64,000 nt of DNA. It comes from Antedon mediterranea. Lineage: Eukaryota > Animalia > Echinodermata. The DNA is taken from assembly GCF_964355755.1 (NCBI RefSeq), contig NC_092680.1, positions 186,001-250,000 on the forward strand, read 5' to 3'. The notes beneath the pieces were generated by a model that worked only from the letters and a program-made list of their open reading frames with translations, made no database searches and was not told the origin of the DNA. This document shows, piece after piece, positions 22,201-37,200 of this stretch. Numbering within the stretch: the stretch's first letter is position 1; the number at the start of each line of letters is the position of its first letter. Position numbers and translations under genes: made by a program.

Positions 22201-25200
22201 GTACTGTTTTTGGAATATTGTAAATAATGTCCATGATGGTTGGAGGTCACGCACTCTACAAAGACCTCTTTGCTGGCACCTTCTCATTAAAAATAAGATG
22301 ACCTTTTATTATATTTGATTATCCTGTATAAAAATCCTTCCAAATTTAATTTTGCATCTTTTCATGTGGCACATGTCCAGTTCATAATACAGTATGACGT
22401 AATTAACTAGTGATTTTTGCATCTTTTCATATTTGATGTGGCACATGTCCAGTTCATAATACAGTATGACGTAATTAACTAGTGATTTTTGCATCTTTTC
22501 ATATTTGATGTGGCACATGTCCAGTTCATAATACAGTATGACGTAATTAACTAGTGATTTTTGCATCTTTTCATATTTGATGTGGCACATGTCTAGTTCA
22601 TAATACAGTATGACGTAATTAACTAGTGATTTTTGCATCTTTTCATATTTGATGTGGCACATGTCTAGTTTATAATACAGTATGACGTAATTAACTAGTG
22701 ATTTTTCACACAATTTCTACTAATTTCTACTAATTTCTTCATTCACAGTTGTAAACTGTGGATATAACAATAAGCTATTTTCATAGTAAATTAGACTACT
22801 GTATACTTATTATAAATGTCATATACTATTTATGTATTTTGAATAGAAAATTAAATAAGTATATTTAGGCAGGTGGTTTGTCATTGTTTTTTAATGGTGC
22901 CTTAAGCAATGACAGTGGCACATTATCAATATGTCAATTGATTGAGCTTGGATGAGTAAGTCTTATGCTTTAGACTACAACGTGACTCCGTTCTACCGGT
23001 CTTTCATTCTTTAAATACATAGTAATAAAGCAGCTGAAGATTTATCAGATTTGTTTTTCTCTATTCAATAGTCAGTTTCACTTCACATCACAAAATTCCC
23101 ATACAACAGTATACAGTTAAGCCTATACTGTACAACCAAGACTTTGCTCTGTCTACACTATCAAACTATTGTGAAAAAAAAAATGTGTGATGTGCCCAAA
23201 TATGGTAGTGATATGTCCAAATATAGTAGTGATATGATATCATCATATCCATATGGACACATCACATTTTTTTGTCACATAAATTGATAGTGTACAGTAG
23301 TAAAACAGTTTTTATTGAATGGACAGTACTGTATATATTCATTGCAGTTTGTGTCAGTGTTTGCATAAATACAATACTGTGTGTAAAATACTATATTCAT
23401 TCTGTATTCTGTATAGCATAGTATTATTTTGAAGGTTTTTAACACGTTACCTGGATGGACCAATCACTAAATTCAAAGGACATTATGATAATGTTTACAA
23501 TTTGAACTTCCTCTTGCTGTTTAAATTGCAATAATGTAATGTAATACAAAACTATACTTGTGAATAATTAACAGTGTTTGTTGTACAGTACTGTAATTTT
23601 CTAGTATTATAATAACGCTTTGTCCATGTGAATATTCGTCAAACATTTTAACAATTCAGTACATTAATTAAAGTCTATTTCGTGCCTCTACAGTACAGGT
23701 ACAGTAGTTTACCTGGATAAACCAACAATACTGTTGCCTTATTCTTTTCTTTATTTAACATACTGTACCTCTTCCTAATAAATGGTGTACAGTCCACAAA
23801 CCACACCCTTAAGTAGGGGCATACAACCATCACAATATAATAATATGTATTAAATGAATGTTGTTGTAAAATGTACAAGAATGCTGCTAGGGTATTATGT
23901 GTCTATGCAAATAATATAGTAATTATCATCTTTTTGCAGGGAGGTGGAACACTGGTGATTGCATTCTCAGAAGACAGCATCCTTCCAGATGCTAGTACGG
24001 ATATGTATGTTGTATTTTCAGGATCTTCGTTACGTCATATTACCTTAACTCAGCAGATAAATAGAAACACTTTACATTCAATCATTCCAGGTAAGAAATG
24101 GCAGTGTTACACACCTGTGGTTTACTGTTTATAGCTTGATCATGTCAATGGCCTACTACTGTACTATGTAATAGTTAAGAGGAAACACTGTAATACTCTA
24201 AATAGCCGCTTCATAATTGTTGTTACTACAATGCAATATTTGTTGACTGATTTCTTAAAGTTAAAATACTGTAATATAGCAGTCTATCATCATAATTTTA
24301 TTGATTATCAATAAACTTTAATAAACATGAAATATCATGCATCTGCGGAAAAAGAGATAAAATGTATGTCCGGGTAGTTCATAACATTGTTTGTTTAGCC
24401 TATTAATTATCTTTGCGGTGATGTTATGTTATTTTATGAATAACTGGTAATTACTACACTGGATAATGACATATTGCCAATACCATCACTGGCTATTTTT
24501 GGGTTTAATTTAATAGTTTAAAATATCAAATAACGCAATTATTCTTGAGTGAGATGCTTGTAGAGCTGGGAAGTACTGTGTTAAGTCAAATTTAGGTACA
24601 CTGTAATTTGAGGCTCTTCTATCGCCATCCTTTTGTACTGTACAATCTGCTGAACATTCAGCTCAATATTTAGAAGTTGACCTAGCTCATAAAGGTTCAC
24701 CTACAGCATATGCTGCTAATTCATCATGGGATATTTGTATTAATATTCACCACCACCACTAACACATTACACAAAAGAAAACTATTAAAAATACTATAGT
24801 ATTCATTTACACAAATTTATTAAATTACTGTAGTGCACATAAATAGTTCCCTATATTTGCACTTGATCATAAAAAAAAGTATTTAATATACACAAAAAAA
24901 CAAGAGTTGTTTCTTACTCACAGTCACACACCCCAAGGCCGAGACGTCGCTCTAAACTGTACACTATTTGTAAGGTACAGCTACTGTATATTGTATTATT
25001 GTATGAGAATACCTAATATTGATATTTTGATTTTGTAGGACATAATGCATTTGAGACTGTAAGTCTTACAGTGCAAACTAGTAGTACAGATAGCTGTGGC
25101 GGCAAAGTACTTGCATCTGGTGAATTTACTTACTGTGAAGATAATATACATCATATAGCACGATTCCTAGCTAACAGCTCACATGACCCCAATGCTTTGA

Positions 25201-28200
25201 ACCATGTTGATCTTAGCGGAGAGGACCAAGCCACGTTTGACCAAAACATTCGACTCGCTTTTGAGAACCTAGATTTACCGCATTCCTGGCGCATGCTGGA
25301 ATACTCAGAACATATCAATCAAGGTTTGGTTGTTTGGTTTTATATACTTTTCGTTTAAAAAAAATGTAAACATACAAAGCAGATAGCACAACACTGTAAT
25401 ACAGTAATAATACCCATTTTTATTGCACCAGTTTTATAAAGGGACATAATAATATAATAACGCAACCACTGTATCAACAAAACTAAAATGTTTAAATTTA
25501 TGAATTTTTGTTGATTTCCAATTTCCAGCTCCAAGAGAAACACTACTTCATTTTGCGACCAGAAACAGGTTAACAGAGTTTGCATTGTACCTTCTCAACA
25601 AACCATCAAAGGAGCTTGAAATAGCTCTTAATCTACCCAATCAGCACAATGAACTACCTATACAATTAGCAAGAGAAAGAGGACTTGAAAACTTAGTACA
25701 AGAAATGCAAAAGTAAGTATTACATTTTATAGGTTTACTGTGATTGAACACAGAATGGATCTTTTTCTTGCATTTTCTTTGCCTAAAACCTATTGAAGTA
25801 CACTTGTAGCAAAAAATTATTGTATGATTGCATGATACAAATCATGACAGATTGATTTTGAAACAGTTTGGCACATCCTATTTTTTTTAATTCAATAATA
25901 TTCTTAGCTGTAATGGATGAAATTGTAAAAGGCAAATTGTCACACATTAAATGATGAATGCATCTCCTATTACAACCTGGAATTTGACAACCTACTGTAT
26001 GATGGTACACAGACCTCTTCATTCTTCTTCAGTGCTGTGTGGGTTGAATCCTGAAGAGACGTCGGACGACGACGTAGTGTTTAGGTCGTGAGAAGAACTT
26101 TAAACATGTTTAATTTTCTCACGCCGAGCCTCCTCATACAACATTTTATGAGTTGGACAAAATACAAGAATTGACTAGCCTCATGTTTACATTTCTTGAG
26201 TCGCTCTAGATTGTCTCTCAGTAGGTTAGACATGTGAACATGACACTAAGATCATTTGATTATTGAAATGAATTTTTCATGTAGTTAATTGTTAGTATTG
26301 GACTTTGATATAAATTCTCTAGTTTATCTTTGGACTGTAATTCTCTTGTTTATGTTTTGACTGTAAATTCTCTAGTTTATCTTTGGACTGTAATTTTCTA
26401 GTTTAGCTTTGGACTACAATTCTCTAGTTTGTCTTTGGACTGTAATATGTTATTTTTAACTAGTAAGTGCAGTGCGCAATGCCACTGATCATCTGTACAA
26501 TGGTGTTTAAATTATAATAATACAGTAATAGCAAAATACCTTTAAAACTTAGACCATGACATTTACACCATAATAGTACTTGCTGAAGTATAGATACAAT
26601 AAATACATTTTACTCTTCAATTATCCAACCACTTCTCACAGGATTGAACTGCTGCTAATTGTTGTGTTCTTTAAGTTATTATGTCACATTCATATTTTAC
26701 CAGCCAGGAGTGTGTGATACTTCTCCATCATACATGATGTACACATTTGAGTCCTACAGATTTTTTGAATAACTTTTGCATGCTCACCTTAGCAGGAGGT
26801 ACAATGCTAATATACTTTATACATATTATATATTACATATGATTATCATTTAAAATCATCTGTGAACTATTATTAGAAATATTTTTATATAGATCATATT
26901 ATAAATCATGAACAAATTGTAAAATATAAAAAAATTATATTTATGTGGTTAGTATAGATATCACATAAATATTTTTGTCAATTTTACAATTTGTCTATGA
27001 CTTATAATATGATCTATTAAAAAAAGTATGGTTACATATTTTGTTATTGTTATATTGTGGACCGACATGACATTAGAATGTACAGTACTATAGTACTTTA
27101 TACACAGAAAGATTCTAATATAATTCTTCTTTTCTTAAACTGTTGAAGTAAAGTATTATTTATGTGGCAAAATAACAAGAATGAGGCCTAAATAGGTTAT
27201 ATGCAAAGTTCAACCTCACCTGAGGATACACTGCTAAAGTTCAATCACCATGCATCTCATAATGATGTATCTTTAATGTTCAATACTGTAGAGTAAAAGA
27301 TGTAGTTTGTGACCCTAAAATAGATCGAAAAAATGTAAGCTTTCTTTTCTATAAGATCAAATAATTGATTACGGAACTAGGATTGTTAGCATAAATAAAT
27401 TAATATTTCCTTCTTACTGTATATCTTATAATTCTGGGATACTAAATTCTGGTACTCAATAATATTCATTCATGTATATTGCCTGACATTATTAACTTTA
27501 GGCCTCTGGTTCCTAGTTTTTGAAAAACATTACATTGTTGTTAATCACATAACAAAAAAATGCATACCTTAGTGCTAATTAGAAAAGGGGTTTAGAATGC
27601 TACCTATATTTGTCCCACCATAGAGATAACTATTTTGCAGCTGCTTTTGTAGTGCTTTTTTCAACTAGGTGTTTACAATTATTACAACTGGTACAGTATA
27701 CTAAAATAATAGTGCTTATTCAGCTACTCTGTTTCTATGTTTATTTTCACTGGCATGTGAAGTTGGTTGGACACAGCTGATTATCGTAGGAATGTGATGG
27801 TCCATCCTAAGTCTTGGAGGATGATTAGGATGTTGTAAAGAATTATTTTTTAATGGCATACTGTAGCTACAGTACTTTAAATAGACTCAAAATATGTAGT
27901 TTTAATTTTATATAAAATTTAACTGATATTCAAATTCATTCATTAGTTTTGATTTAATTTTGTGATTGAGTTTGACACAACACAGCGTCATATAACAATC
28001 AAGAAGCTTTCAGTGTATTTTAGTAGAATTTTTAGTAATGTGACAACCAACCATCTTATAATACAGCACAGCTACTGACGTACCTTATGATACATTTCTG
28101 TATGCTTACAAATAATGAAATTATGTAAATACAGTTTTTTGCAACTGAACACAATAATAAGCAATGATAATTTATTAGAGATTAAGTATTAAGGGATTTG

Positions 28201-31200
28201 AGTATATTAATTATAGCTTGGTACATGAGGTTTACTGATAATTGATCTATGAAATAATATGTTGATGTTTACATAAGGTAAGAGCACATTATGTGCATAA
28301 ATCCTCAAGTGCTGTATGTACGCTATGAGTTTAATTAAAAATGCAAAGAAGATACTAAGGGAAAATGTAAAAGTTAAAAAGATGGAAAAAGACTAATGTT
28401 AGATAGAGCTTCACATTACAAAATGTTTATTCAGTTATAGTGAAATAGTATTATTTTAGCATTTATTTTTACCCCCTTTTCCTGTAAAATAGTTGATTCG
28501 GATTAATTGTTGACTGGAAAACAGGCTTTACATGAATTACAAATCAGATCATATCTTAATTTTATGTTTTAATAAGCAGATACAGTATCATACCATCATG
28601 AGAAACACATACTCATATCAACAGTACTGTATGTGGGTTAGTCATTTTTTAAATCATTTAAATCAAAAGACATTATAATTAACTAGACAGCCAATATACT
28701 GATAGTCATCAGATTACAGCAGCCATTTTGTGGAGTCCCTGTCCTATTCACATCACATTGCTGTCTAAATATTTTAATAGTTTAATGCAGTATGTGTTTA
28801 TGTTAAATCCTTTCTTTCCTGTCACATGTTTCATACTCATATGTACTTTATGCTTCTATAATAATTGACTAATATAAAGCATTTCAGTTTTCAACTTTAT
28901 ACAACAAAAAAACAACATACCAGGAAGAAAGGAAGTTACTCACAATAATTGTATTAAACTAATATGTAATGTTTATCACTAATCACTCAAGTGGTTGACT
29001 TAGAAATCATAATCACTCAAGTGGTTGACTTAGAAATCATAAAAAGAAAAAAGAAAGAAACATACTATAATTCCCATTGGTGCAGTATTAACGTCTCTAA
29101 AGACTTATATTATATTCACATTAAAGTGACTCCACCCATATTGTTACTAGTGTTGTATACTGTAGATTAAACAATTTATGATTTTAACCATCAACATGGG
29201 ATGAGTTATTTATCTGCATTAGATTCAATAGGTTATACTGTAGGTTGATTCAAATAGACTGGGTATACCCCACCTAGCACCACATCTATGCTAAAACACA
29301 CAAATGCTAGGCCCCTTTACAAGGTTTTGAACTCAACCAGAATAGGTCAAGTCAATACTTTAGTTACCATAAACACTAAGTGAACAGACCTACTTATTAC
29401 CATGTCACTCAACTAGTTTATTATGCTTCCATGCCATTCACGAAATGTACAGTAGAAATAAGTAGCCAAACAAGATGTACTAAAACGTCCCCTCAATCAA
29501 ATAAATTCCCTCATAGACTAGTCATTTGAACTGAACTACTCCCTCAGATTAATTCCTTGTGGAAAATAATATTGTGTGCTCCATCTATAACTGTTCTACT
29601 CTACACTTCTTGATAGTAATTGTGCTGTATTTTATCATATCTAGAGGGCAATTTTATTTTATTATACATGTTACCATACAGGTATTAAAAGCCATGAAAT
29701 AGACGCCTCCCTCGAATAAACGTCTCCCTCGAATAAACGTTCACACAAAACCCCTCCTCCCCCTTTCTACTGTATTCAAATCCTCTCCATTTCTACAGTA
29801 ATCACCTCCTCCCCCTTTCTGCGGTAATCATCTCCTCCCCTTTCTGCGGTAATCATCTCCTCCTCTTTCTGCGGTAATCATCTCCTCCCCTTTCTGCGGT
29901 AATCATATCCTACACTTTCTGCGGTAATCATCTCCTCCTCTTTCTGCGGTAATCATCTCCTCCTCTTTCTGCGGTAATCATCTCCTCTTTCTGCGGTAAT
30001 CATCTCCTCCCCCTTCTGTGGTAATTATCTCCTCTTTCTGCGGTAATCATCTCCTCCTCTTTCTGCGGTAATCATCTCCTCCCCCTTCTGCGGTAATTAT
30101 CTCCTACAGTACCCCATTTCTAATGTTCTGTATAATTAATAGATATAAATTATTTGCAGCAGTGGCATAATTGTCAGATTAGGTAATTCAAGCTGTCAAA
30201 ATATCATCAGCATGTGTTTATAATTAAACACCTTTATTCTGATTCAGCATACAATTTATGAGTCATTTGGATTATGCAGTTAGTTCTCTTACGATCCTAG
30301 GTATTCATATGATGATTAGGTATAGGCTCAGTCTACAATAAACCACTTAATTTTATTGTATATTCTCAAATATTGGTATAATATGTAGAAATGATAACAA
30401 GAGATTGTAAAAAGGTAGGTTCTTCTGGTTATACAGCTGTAAAATGATAATGACTTACTGTACTGTATAATGTGTCTAGCAAGGCTTGATTTAATAGTAT
30501 TATTTTTTTCCTAGCAAATGTGTAAGCAGTGCAATTCAATATATCACATTATGCTAGTCTAAACTTGCGCTTACATATTATCTCTAGTACTGTATTAGTA
30601 ATAGACTAGTTGGTACTGACAGTGTACTCATTCTGATGGTGGTAACAAATGCTTATATCTCTAGTACTGTACTGTATTAGTACTAGACTAGTTGGTACTG
30701 ATAGTGTACTCATAATGCTTATATCTCTAGTACTGTATTAGTACTAGAGTAGTTGGTACTGATAGTGTACTCATTCTGATCGTGATAACAAATGCTTATA
30801 TCTCTAGTACTGTATTAGTACTAGAGTACTAGTTGGTACTGATAGTGTACTCATTCTGATGGTGGTAACGAATGCTTATATCTCTAGTACTGTATTAGTA
30901 CTAGAGTACTAGTTGGTACTGATAGTGTACTCATTCTGATGGTGATAACACATGCTTATATCTCTAGTACTGTATTAGTACTAGACTAGTTGGTACTGAC
31001 AGTGTACTCATTCTGATGGTGATAACAAATGCTTATATCTCTAGTACTGTATTAGTACTAGAGTAGTTGGTACTGATAGTGTACTCATTCTGATGGTGGT
31101 AACGAATGCTTATATCTCTAGTACTGTATTAGTACTAGAGTAGTTGGTACTGATAGTGTACTCATTCTGATGGTGGTAACGAATGCTTATATCTCTAGTA

Positions 31201-34200
31201 CTGTATTAGTACTAGAGTAGTTGGTACTGATAGTGTACTCATTCTGATGGTGATAACAAATGCTTATATCTCTAGTACTGTATTAGTACTAGACTAGTTG
31301 GTACTGACAGTGTACTCATTCTGATGGTGATAACAAATGCGCAGCTTATATCTCTAGTACTGTATTAGTACTAGAGTAGTTGGTACTGATAGTGTACTCA
31401 TTCTGATGGTGGTAACGAATGCTTATATCTCTAGTACTGTATTAGTACTAGAGTAGTTGGTACTGATAGTGTACTCATTCTGATGGTGGTAACGAATGCT
31501 TATATCTCTAGTACTGTATTAGTACTAGAGTAGTTGGTACTGATAGTGTACTCATTCTGATGGTGATAACAAATGCTTATATCTCTAGTACTGTATTAGT
31601 ACTAGACTAGTTGGTACTGATAGTGTACTCATTCTGATGGTGGTAACGAATGCTTATATCTCTAGTACTGTATTAGTACTGATGATGTAATCAGTCTGAT
31701 GGTGGTTACTATGTGTTTTTTACTTTCCCACCAGACACACAAGGAATGTACTGTAGACTACATGAAAAGAGTTTTACTAGATGGGCTAGTGTTAAATTGA
31801 GGGCTAGTAAGTATTAAATTGAGGCCTTGTTGAGTTCCTAACATTTATATACAGTAGGAGTATTAAATGGTACCCTTTTAAAATCGTTATTTAAAAATTT
31901 TAACAATTAGACAATGAATCATAAAATTGTATGTTTCATTACACTGTCTACCTGCGTACACTTGAGATAGGTTGGAAATCTTTAATGGCTTCAGTTACTT
32001 TTATGACTAGAGAAACATTAAGCACTTAGAATATATATTTATGCATTATACAATTTTGGTTTTTAAATGTATGTATTACGTCAGTTAGGATTTTGAGCTC
32101 TCTGGCATGACATACAGTGCGTACTTGTTAGTTCAGCATTCTAGATTGTGTAGCTACAGATTATAATTATTTGTTTGAAAATGATATGTGGCCACAGCCA
32201 TGTGGATACAAAGTACATAAGGTTTTAGATGTTGATGATTTATGATTTCATCTCACACAGTAAGTATATTCTCGTCCATTCCTTTGTTTGCTTATGGTGC
32301 AATATGGATTGGTAATATAAGGCTATTATCAGTTCTCAAAAAAATATATAGATTTTATATACGAATATGTCTACTGATCTAAATTTAACCTAAATTGAGA
32401 ATTATTTTACATAGGCTAGCTAGGCTAGGGCCTTGTCGTCGCTGTTCTATAGTGACATTTTTCTTTGATTCCTATAGAAATCTACTGTAAAAATTTATGA
32501 ATGTTCTCTGAAATTTGTGGGAGGAATCTTCTATTTATCTAAGCATTAATAAAGTCATTAATATTTTTATTCAGTCAATGATGACAATAAATTGAATGTG
32601 TTGGTGAATTTGAATGAAATGTATGTGACCTTTAATTTGTTCTTGAATAAATCTTATCGCCCGTATTCTTAAACTGGACTTTAGTCATAGTTCGAAGTTC
32701 GACTTGGAAAAGTCGTAGTTCGAGCTATTACTTCAAATTCGATTAAAAAACGAAGTAGTCGAAGTTTGCAGTTCGACTTAATGAAGTCGAGCTTTTAGTC
32801 GAGTTGCACACGTCTGGGTAACAAAGGCTATACATTGGCCAATGACAAGAGAGTATTTGAGGAGCAGACAAAATTTTGCGCATTGATATCACTTTCCATT
32901 TTCTTACAACACTTTTTACGCATCAGGACTATACATGAAAAATAATTTTAATCGTTAATTATTAGAACAAGATCAGTATTAATTTAACAGTGAAGTACTT
33001 TTGATTAACAACAAACAAAATCTTCAAAATATATTTAGGAACCATGGCGGTACGGTAACTTTTATATTTTCTAGGCCCCCAACAAAGTATGATCGCAACG
33101 AACCACGCACTTCATAGCGTGACAAGAAAGCGCTAGGCCCACTAAACATTCCATCGCGTGGTGAATTTCCGCATCTGCCATTGTCGCTATGGCGTGACGT
33201 AGTTGAAGTCGGACTTGCGCGAAGAAAATTATGTAATTTGTATACAGTTGTAAATAAAGATAATTTTCATTATTATAACATATACCAATGTATATTTAAT
33301 TAAGCTTATATAAATATAGATATTTCATTCGTCAATATCTGGCCAATATAACAACTCAATGACTGTTACGTTTTTTATAAACATCGTTTAAAAACCATTT
33401 AGTCGACCATTTAGATCAAAATCCGTCTCGATTTAGTCGAGGTTGGCCTGATTTAGTCGGTGATTTAGTTGAAGTTCGGTTTATGAATTAAAATGACGTC
33501 ATTTTTTTAGTTTTAGCTCGAACTACGACTAAAGTCCGGTTTAAGAATACGGGCGTTATTCTTTTGTGTATAGATTAACATAATTTTATTTTAACAATAA
33601 CAATTTAATATATAAAAATCGTGAATTTTATAATATTCTCAAATACTTAATTTTTGTTTGTCAATTAACACTCGACGCTGCTTTCGTTGGCATAGAACAG
33701 ATGATGCCATTGCTATTGGATTTCATTTTTTTTCATATGGGAAAAAAGATTTTTTGATTTCTACACACAAAAAATGGGAATTACTATTGAACGATCATTA
33801 AATAGTAATACTATTAATACTCTTGCAAATACCTGTGACCCACAATTGTCCAATCAAATGAATTTATTTAGGTACCTGTGACCCACAATTGTCCAATCAA
33901 ATGAATTTATTTAGGTACCTGTGACCCACAATTGTCCAATCAAATGAATTTATTTAGGTACCTGTGACCCACAATTGTCCAATCAAATTAATTTATTTAG
34001 GTACCTGTGACCCACAATTGTCCAATCAAATGAATTTATTTAGGTGTGTTAAAAAATAAGCTAGTGGATAGTTCTTGATCATTACTGCCATTACAAGAAG
34101 TCATATTTATTTATTTGTCCATGAAAAGCAAATTTCTAGGAAAAAAAATATTAGTTTGGGTAACAATGATTGGATACACAATACACATAACTTTCAATCA

Positions 34201-37200
34201 TGTTATTATACATTTTAATATGATTCTTGTGAACATAAAATGAACTACTGTATAGTTGTATTAAAATGTCTATCTATCATCAGTTGGAGAAATAAATGCG
34301 GAAGAGGAAATCTACATAAAAGTCAATGATGCAGGGTCAAATAGAGGTCACATTGAGAGGATGAAGTGAACGACGATTGCTGTAACATGCAAATTGAAAA
34401 CTAATAATAATGTTTAATTTGCAGTAGTATCGTTAATAACCTATTCTAATTTGTCTTGCATTGTTTGAATTAATTATACAACATTCATTTTATCAAGTAG
34501 GTGCCCTTGATGATATTAATAATGATAATAATAATATTTATTCAAACACGAAAACTTGGCTCAACTAGCAGTTGTTTTTCTGCAAGGACGTGCATAAAAA
34601 AAAGATTAAAAATAAAACTGGCAGAGATATAATGTTTCCATTAATATACACATACCTTTACAAAGTTGTCATAATTTGTTTTTTAAATAAAGAAATGGTT
34701 TGGCAATTTTTAAGATCATCATTAATTTCATTTCACATTTTTGATAACATTACTGTTGAAGATTACATTGATATCCTGTTTTGAGAACTATATGTACACT
34801 GCGTATACTAAAAGGATAATTTGTTAATACTTGTAATGTACTGGTAGTTGTCGTATACAGTGTATTTAATTATGTATGCAGTGATTGTAAAAAAAAAAGA
34901 ATGATATTAAATGTTTTTATTGCAGTCTGTTTTTGTATGCATTGCCAGATGTTTTAAATTTAAATATTACTCTGTAAACTTGTATCATAACATATTTACT
35001 ACACATTTTAGAGCTTGTATAATTAAGTGAACTTTGCAGTATTTGTAAAGAATTGTGAAATTAAATTTGCCATTTCAAAGAGAATGTTGAATAAAATGGC
35101 AAGATTAATTGAGGGGGAGTAAAGCAACAGAGATTGTGCAAGAATTGATCAACATTTGTATTCACAAACAAGTTGGAAAGTTCATGTTTATGCCTACAAA
35201 TACAACAATCTTCAAGAAAGCAAAAACAGAGATTACATTTAAAAGAACATGAATAGTAAGATGGTTTGTGCAAATGTGCATTTTGCTATAAATTTGTTTC
35301 AGTATTCTTGATAAAAAATGTCCGTAGACTAGTAATACAGAAGATGGAAAATACTTTCATATACAATCCAGTGGCGTAATGGTTATAAGTGCTCACCAGG
35401 TAAGCCCAGGGGCCCAGAGATTAAGGGGCCTGGCTGAGCTTGTGCAGTATTATGTCACTGTATCTATTCCTACGTTAAATTACATTTGATTTTGTATCTA
35501 TCGATGTTTCTTGTGTCTATTCTTTATGGTGTTTAATGAAGCATACCAACATACCAGCGAAGATTGTTTACATTTTAGGCCTAAATTTACATGCTTTGGT
35601 GATATATCCTGTACACTATTCCATCTATGTGATAATCCACAAAAATAAACATCTATTTTTAAGTCACCAATGAGGACGATACAGTTTGAAATTAAACACC
35701 ATTTGAGTAAATTGAACCTAAACCCAACATGTATGAAGCACTGTCTCTGCAGTTGGCTTATATTAAGACATAATTATTGAGATGGATTTGTTTTATAAAG
35801 TATGTTACTTATTAAAGAAACAGAATTTGTTTTTTGATCAGGTTTGTATGTGCTATTGATATATACTGTAAACTGGTTTTTTTATTAATGAAAACTGTGG
35901 GATTTGTTTTGCCGTTTTTGTGTTATAAGCTACAGGTAATTGTGTAGCTATCTTTGCATTCATTATAAATGAGACGGAACAAAACTAGGTCCCAATGTCA
36001 TTTCTATTTTTTTACAACATAACAATATAGTTATTGCATCATTTTTTAACACTTTTCAATTATTGTATTTAAATAATTTTTTATTTTAAATAATTGTTTT
36101 TGTAGTCAAGCTCTTGGCAAGCGAAAGGACTTTGAAATAGACGTATTTTGTCGTGGACCTCTAACTGCAAGACGCCATCGTTCAGGGACAATAAGTGTTT
36201 CATATAATTTAAAGGAAAGCTATAGGTCAATCAGTATGTACGATTTTAAATTGATTGATTTGTAATTTAACATTAATTAACTTTTCAATTATTCTCATTC
36301 ATGATCCTAAATGACAGCATTGTTCTTGTCATTAATTACAATTGTATTCAGCTTATCAATACTGTGTATACAATATTGAAAACAAGTTTAAGGTGATTTT
36401 TAAAATGTTTTTTTAAATATTTATTGTCATTTAAACAAAGTGGTAAAAATGAAATTGTGATTTGGTTGAATATATTGTTCTGAAACAACATATTTTGTCA
36501 AATAATTAGTCATAAAATTGGCACTAAGCACATAATAACATGGTTACATATATACAATCTAACAAAATACAAAATTGATTGAATTCATTGAAACTTATTG
36601 TATATTAAATATACTTTTAAAAAACATATTTTATTTTTTTAATGTACAGTAGTAGTACAATAATTTATAAAATTATTCTAAAACAATACTATTTTTAAAT
36701 AGAAATAAGTTTAATATAAAAAATATGTCCTAAAATAGATTTGGGTTGAATGAAAATGGATTTAAGTATCACTTACAGTCACTGTGTTAGTCCTTGATCT
36801 TTCAGTTGAAACCTTCCTTAGGTAATTCTGACCACATTTTAATAGACTGCTGTTAAGACTCCACTAATAACATCCTATATTTAGCTTAGGAACAAAATTC
36901 AACACTCCACCAAGCAATGAAGAATTAGGCTTAAAACTACAACTAGGCCACTGTTTATTGTACTGTGACTGCTGTCCGCATTTAATAATTATACCTGTCC
37001 TATTTTTGTCCTATTTTTAAAAGATCATGTCATTGTTTCGTTAAGCTTCAGTTCAAATGAATGTCTTGTTTTCTTACCGTAGTTTTCCTATTGTTAAAAT
37101 TTCTATCTTAGAATTTAATGAGTTCACAATCACATATCAAAATATTTCTTGTAATCATTAGATTAAAACCCAAGAGACATTTAAATAATGTGCAGCAGTA

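Noticed and set aside
22309-22713. 134-aa repetitive ORF
   Set aside because: 72-bp tandem repeat.
26050-26080. CTGAAGA followed by a GACGTC stem, hammerhead-like; also CTGAGGA at ~60986
   Set aside because: No GAAA after stem II and no stem I/III pairing found.
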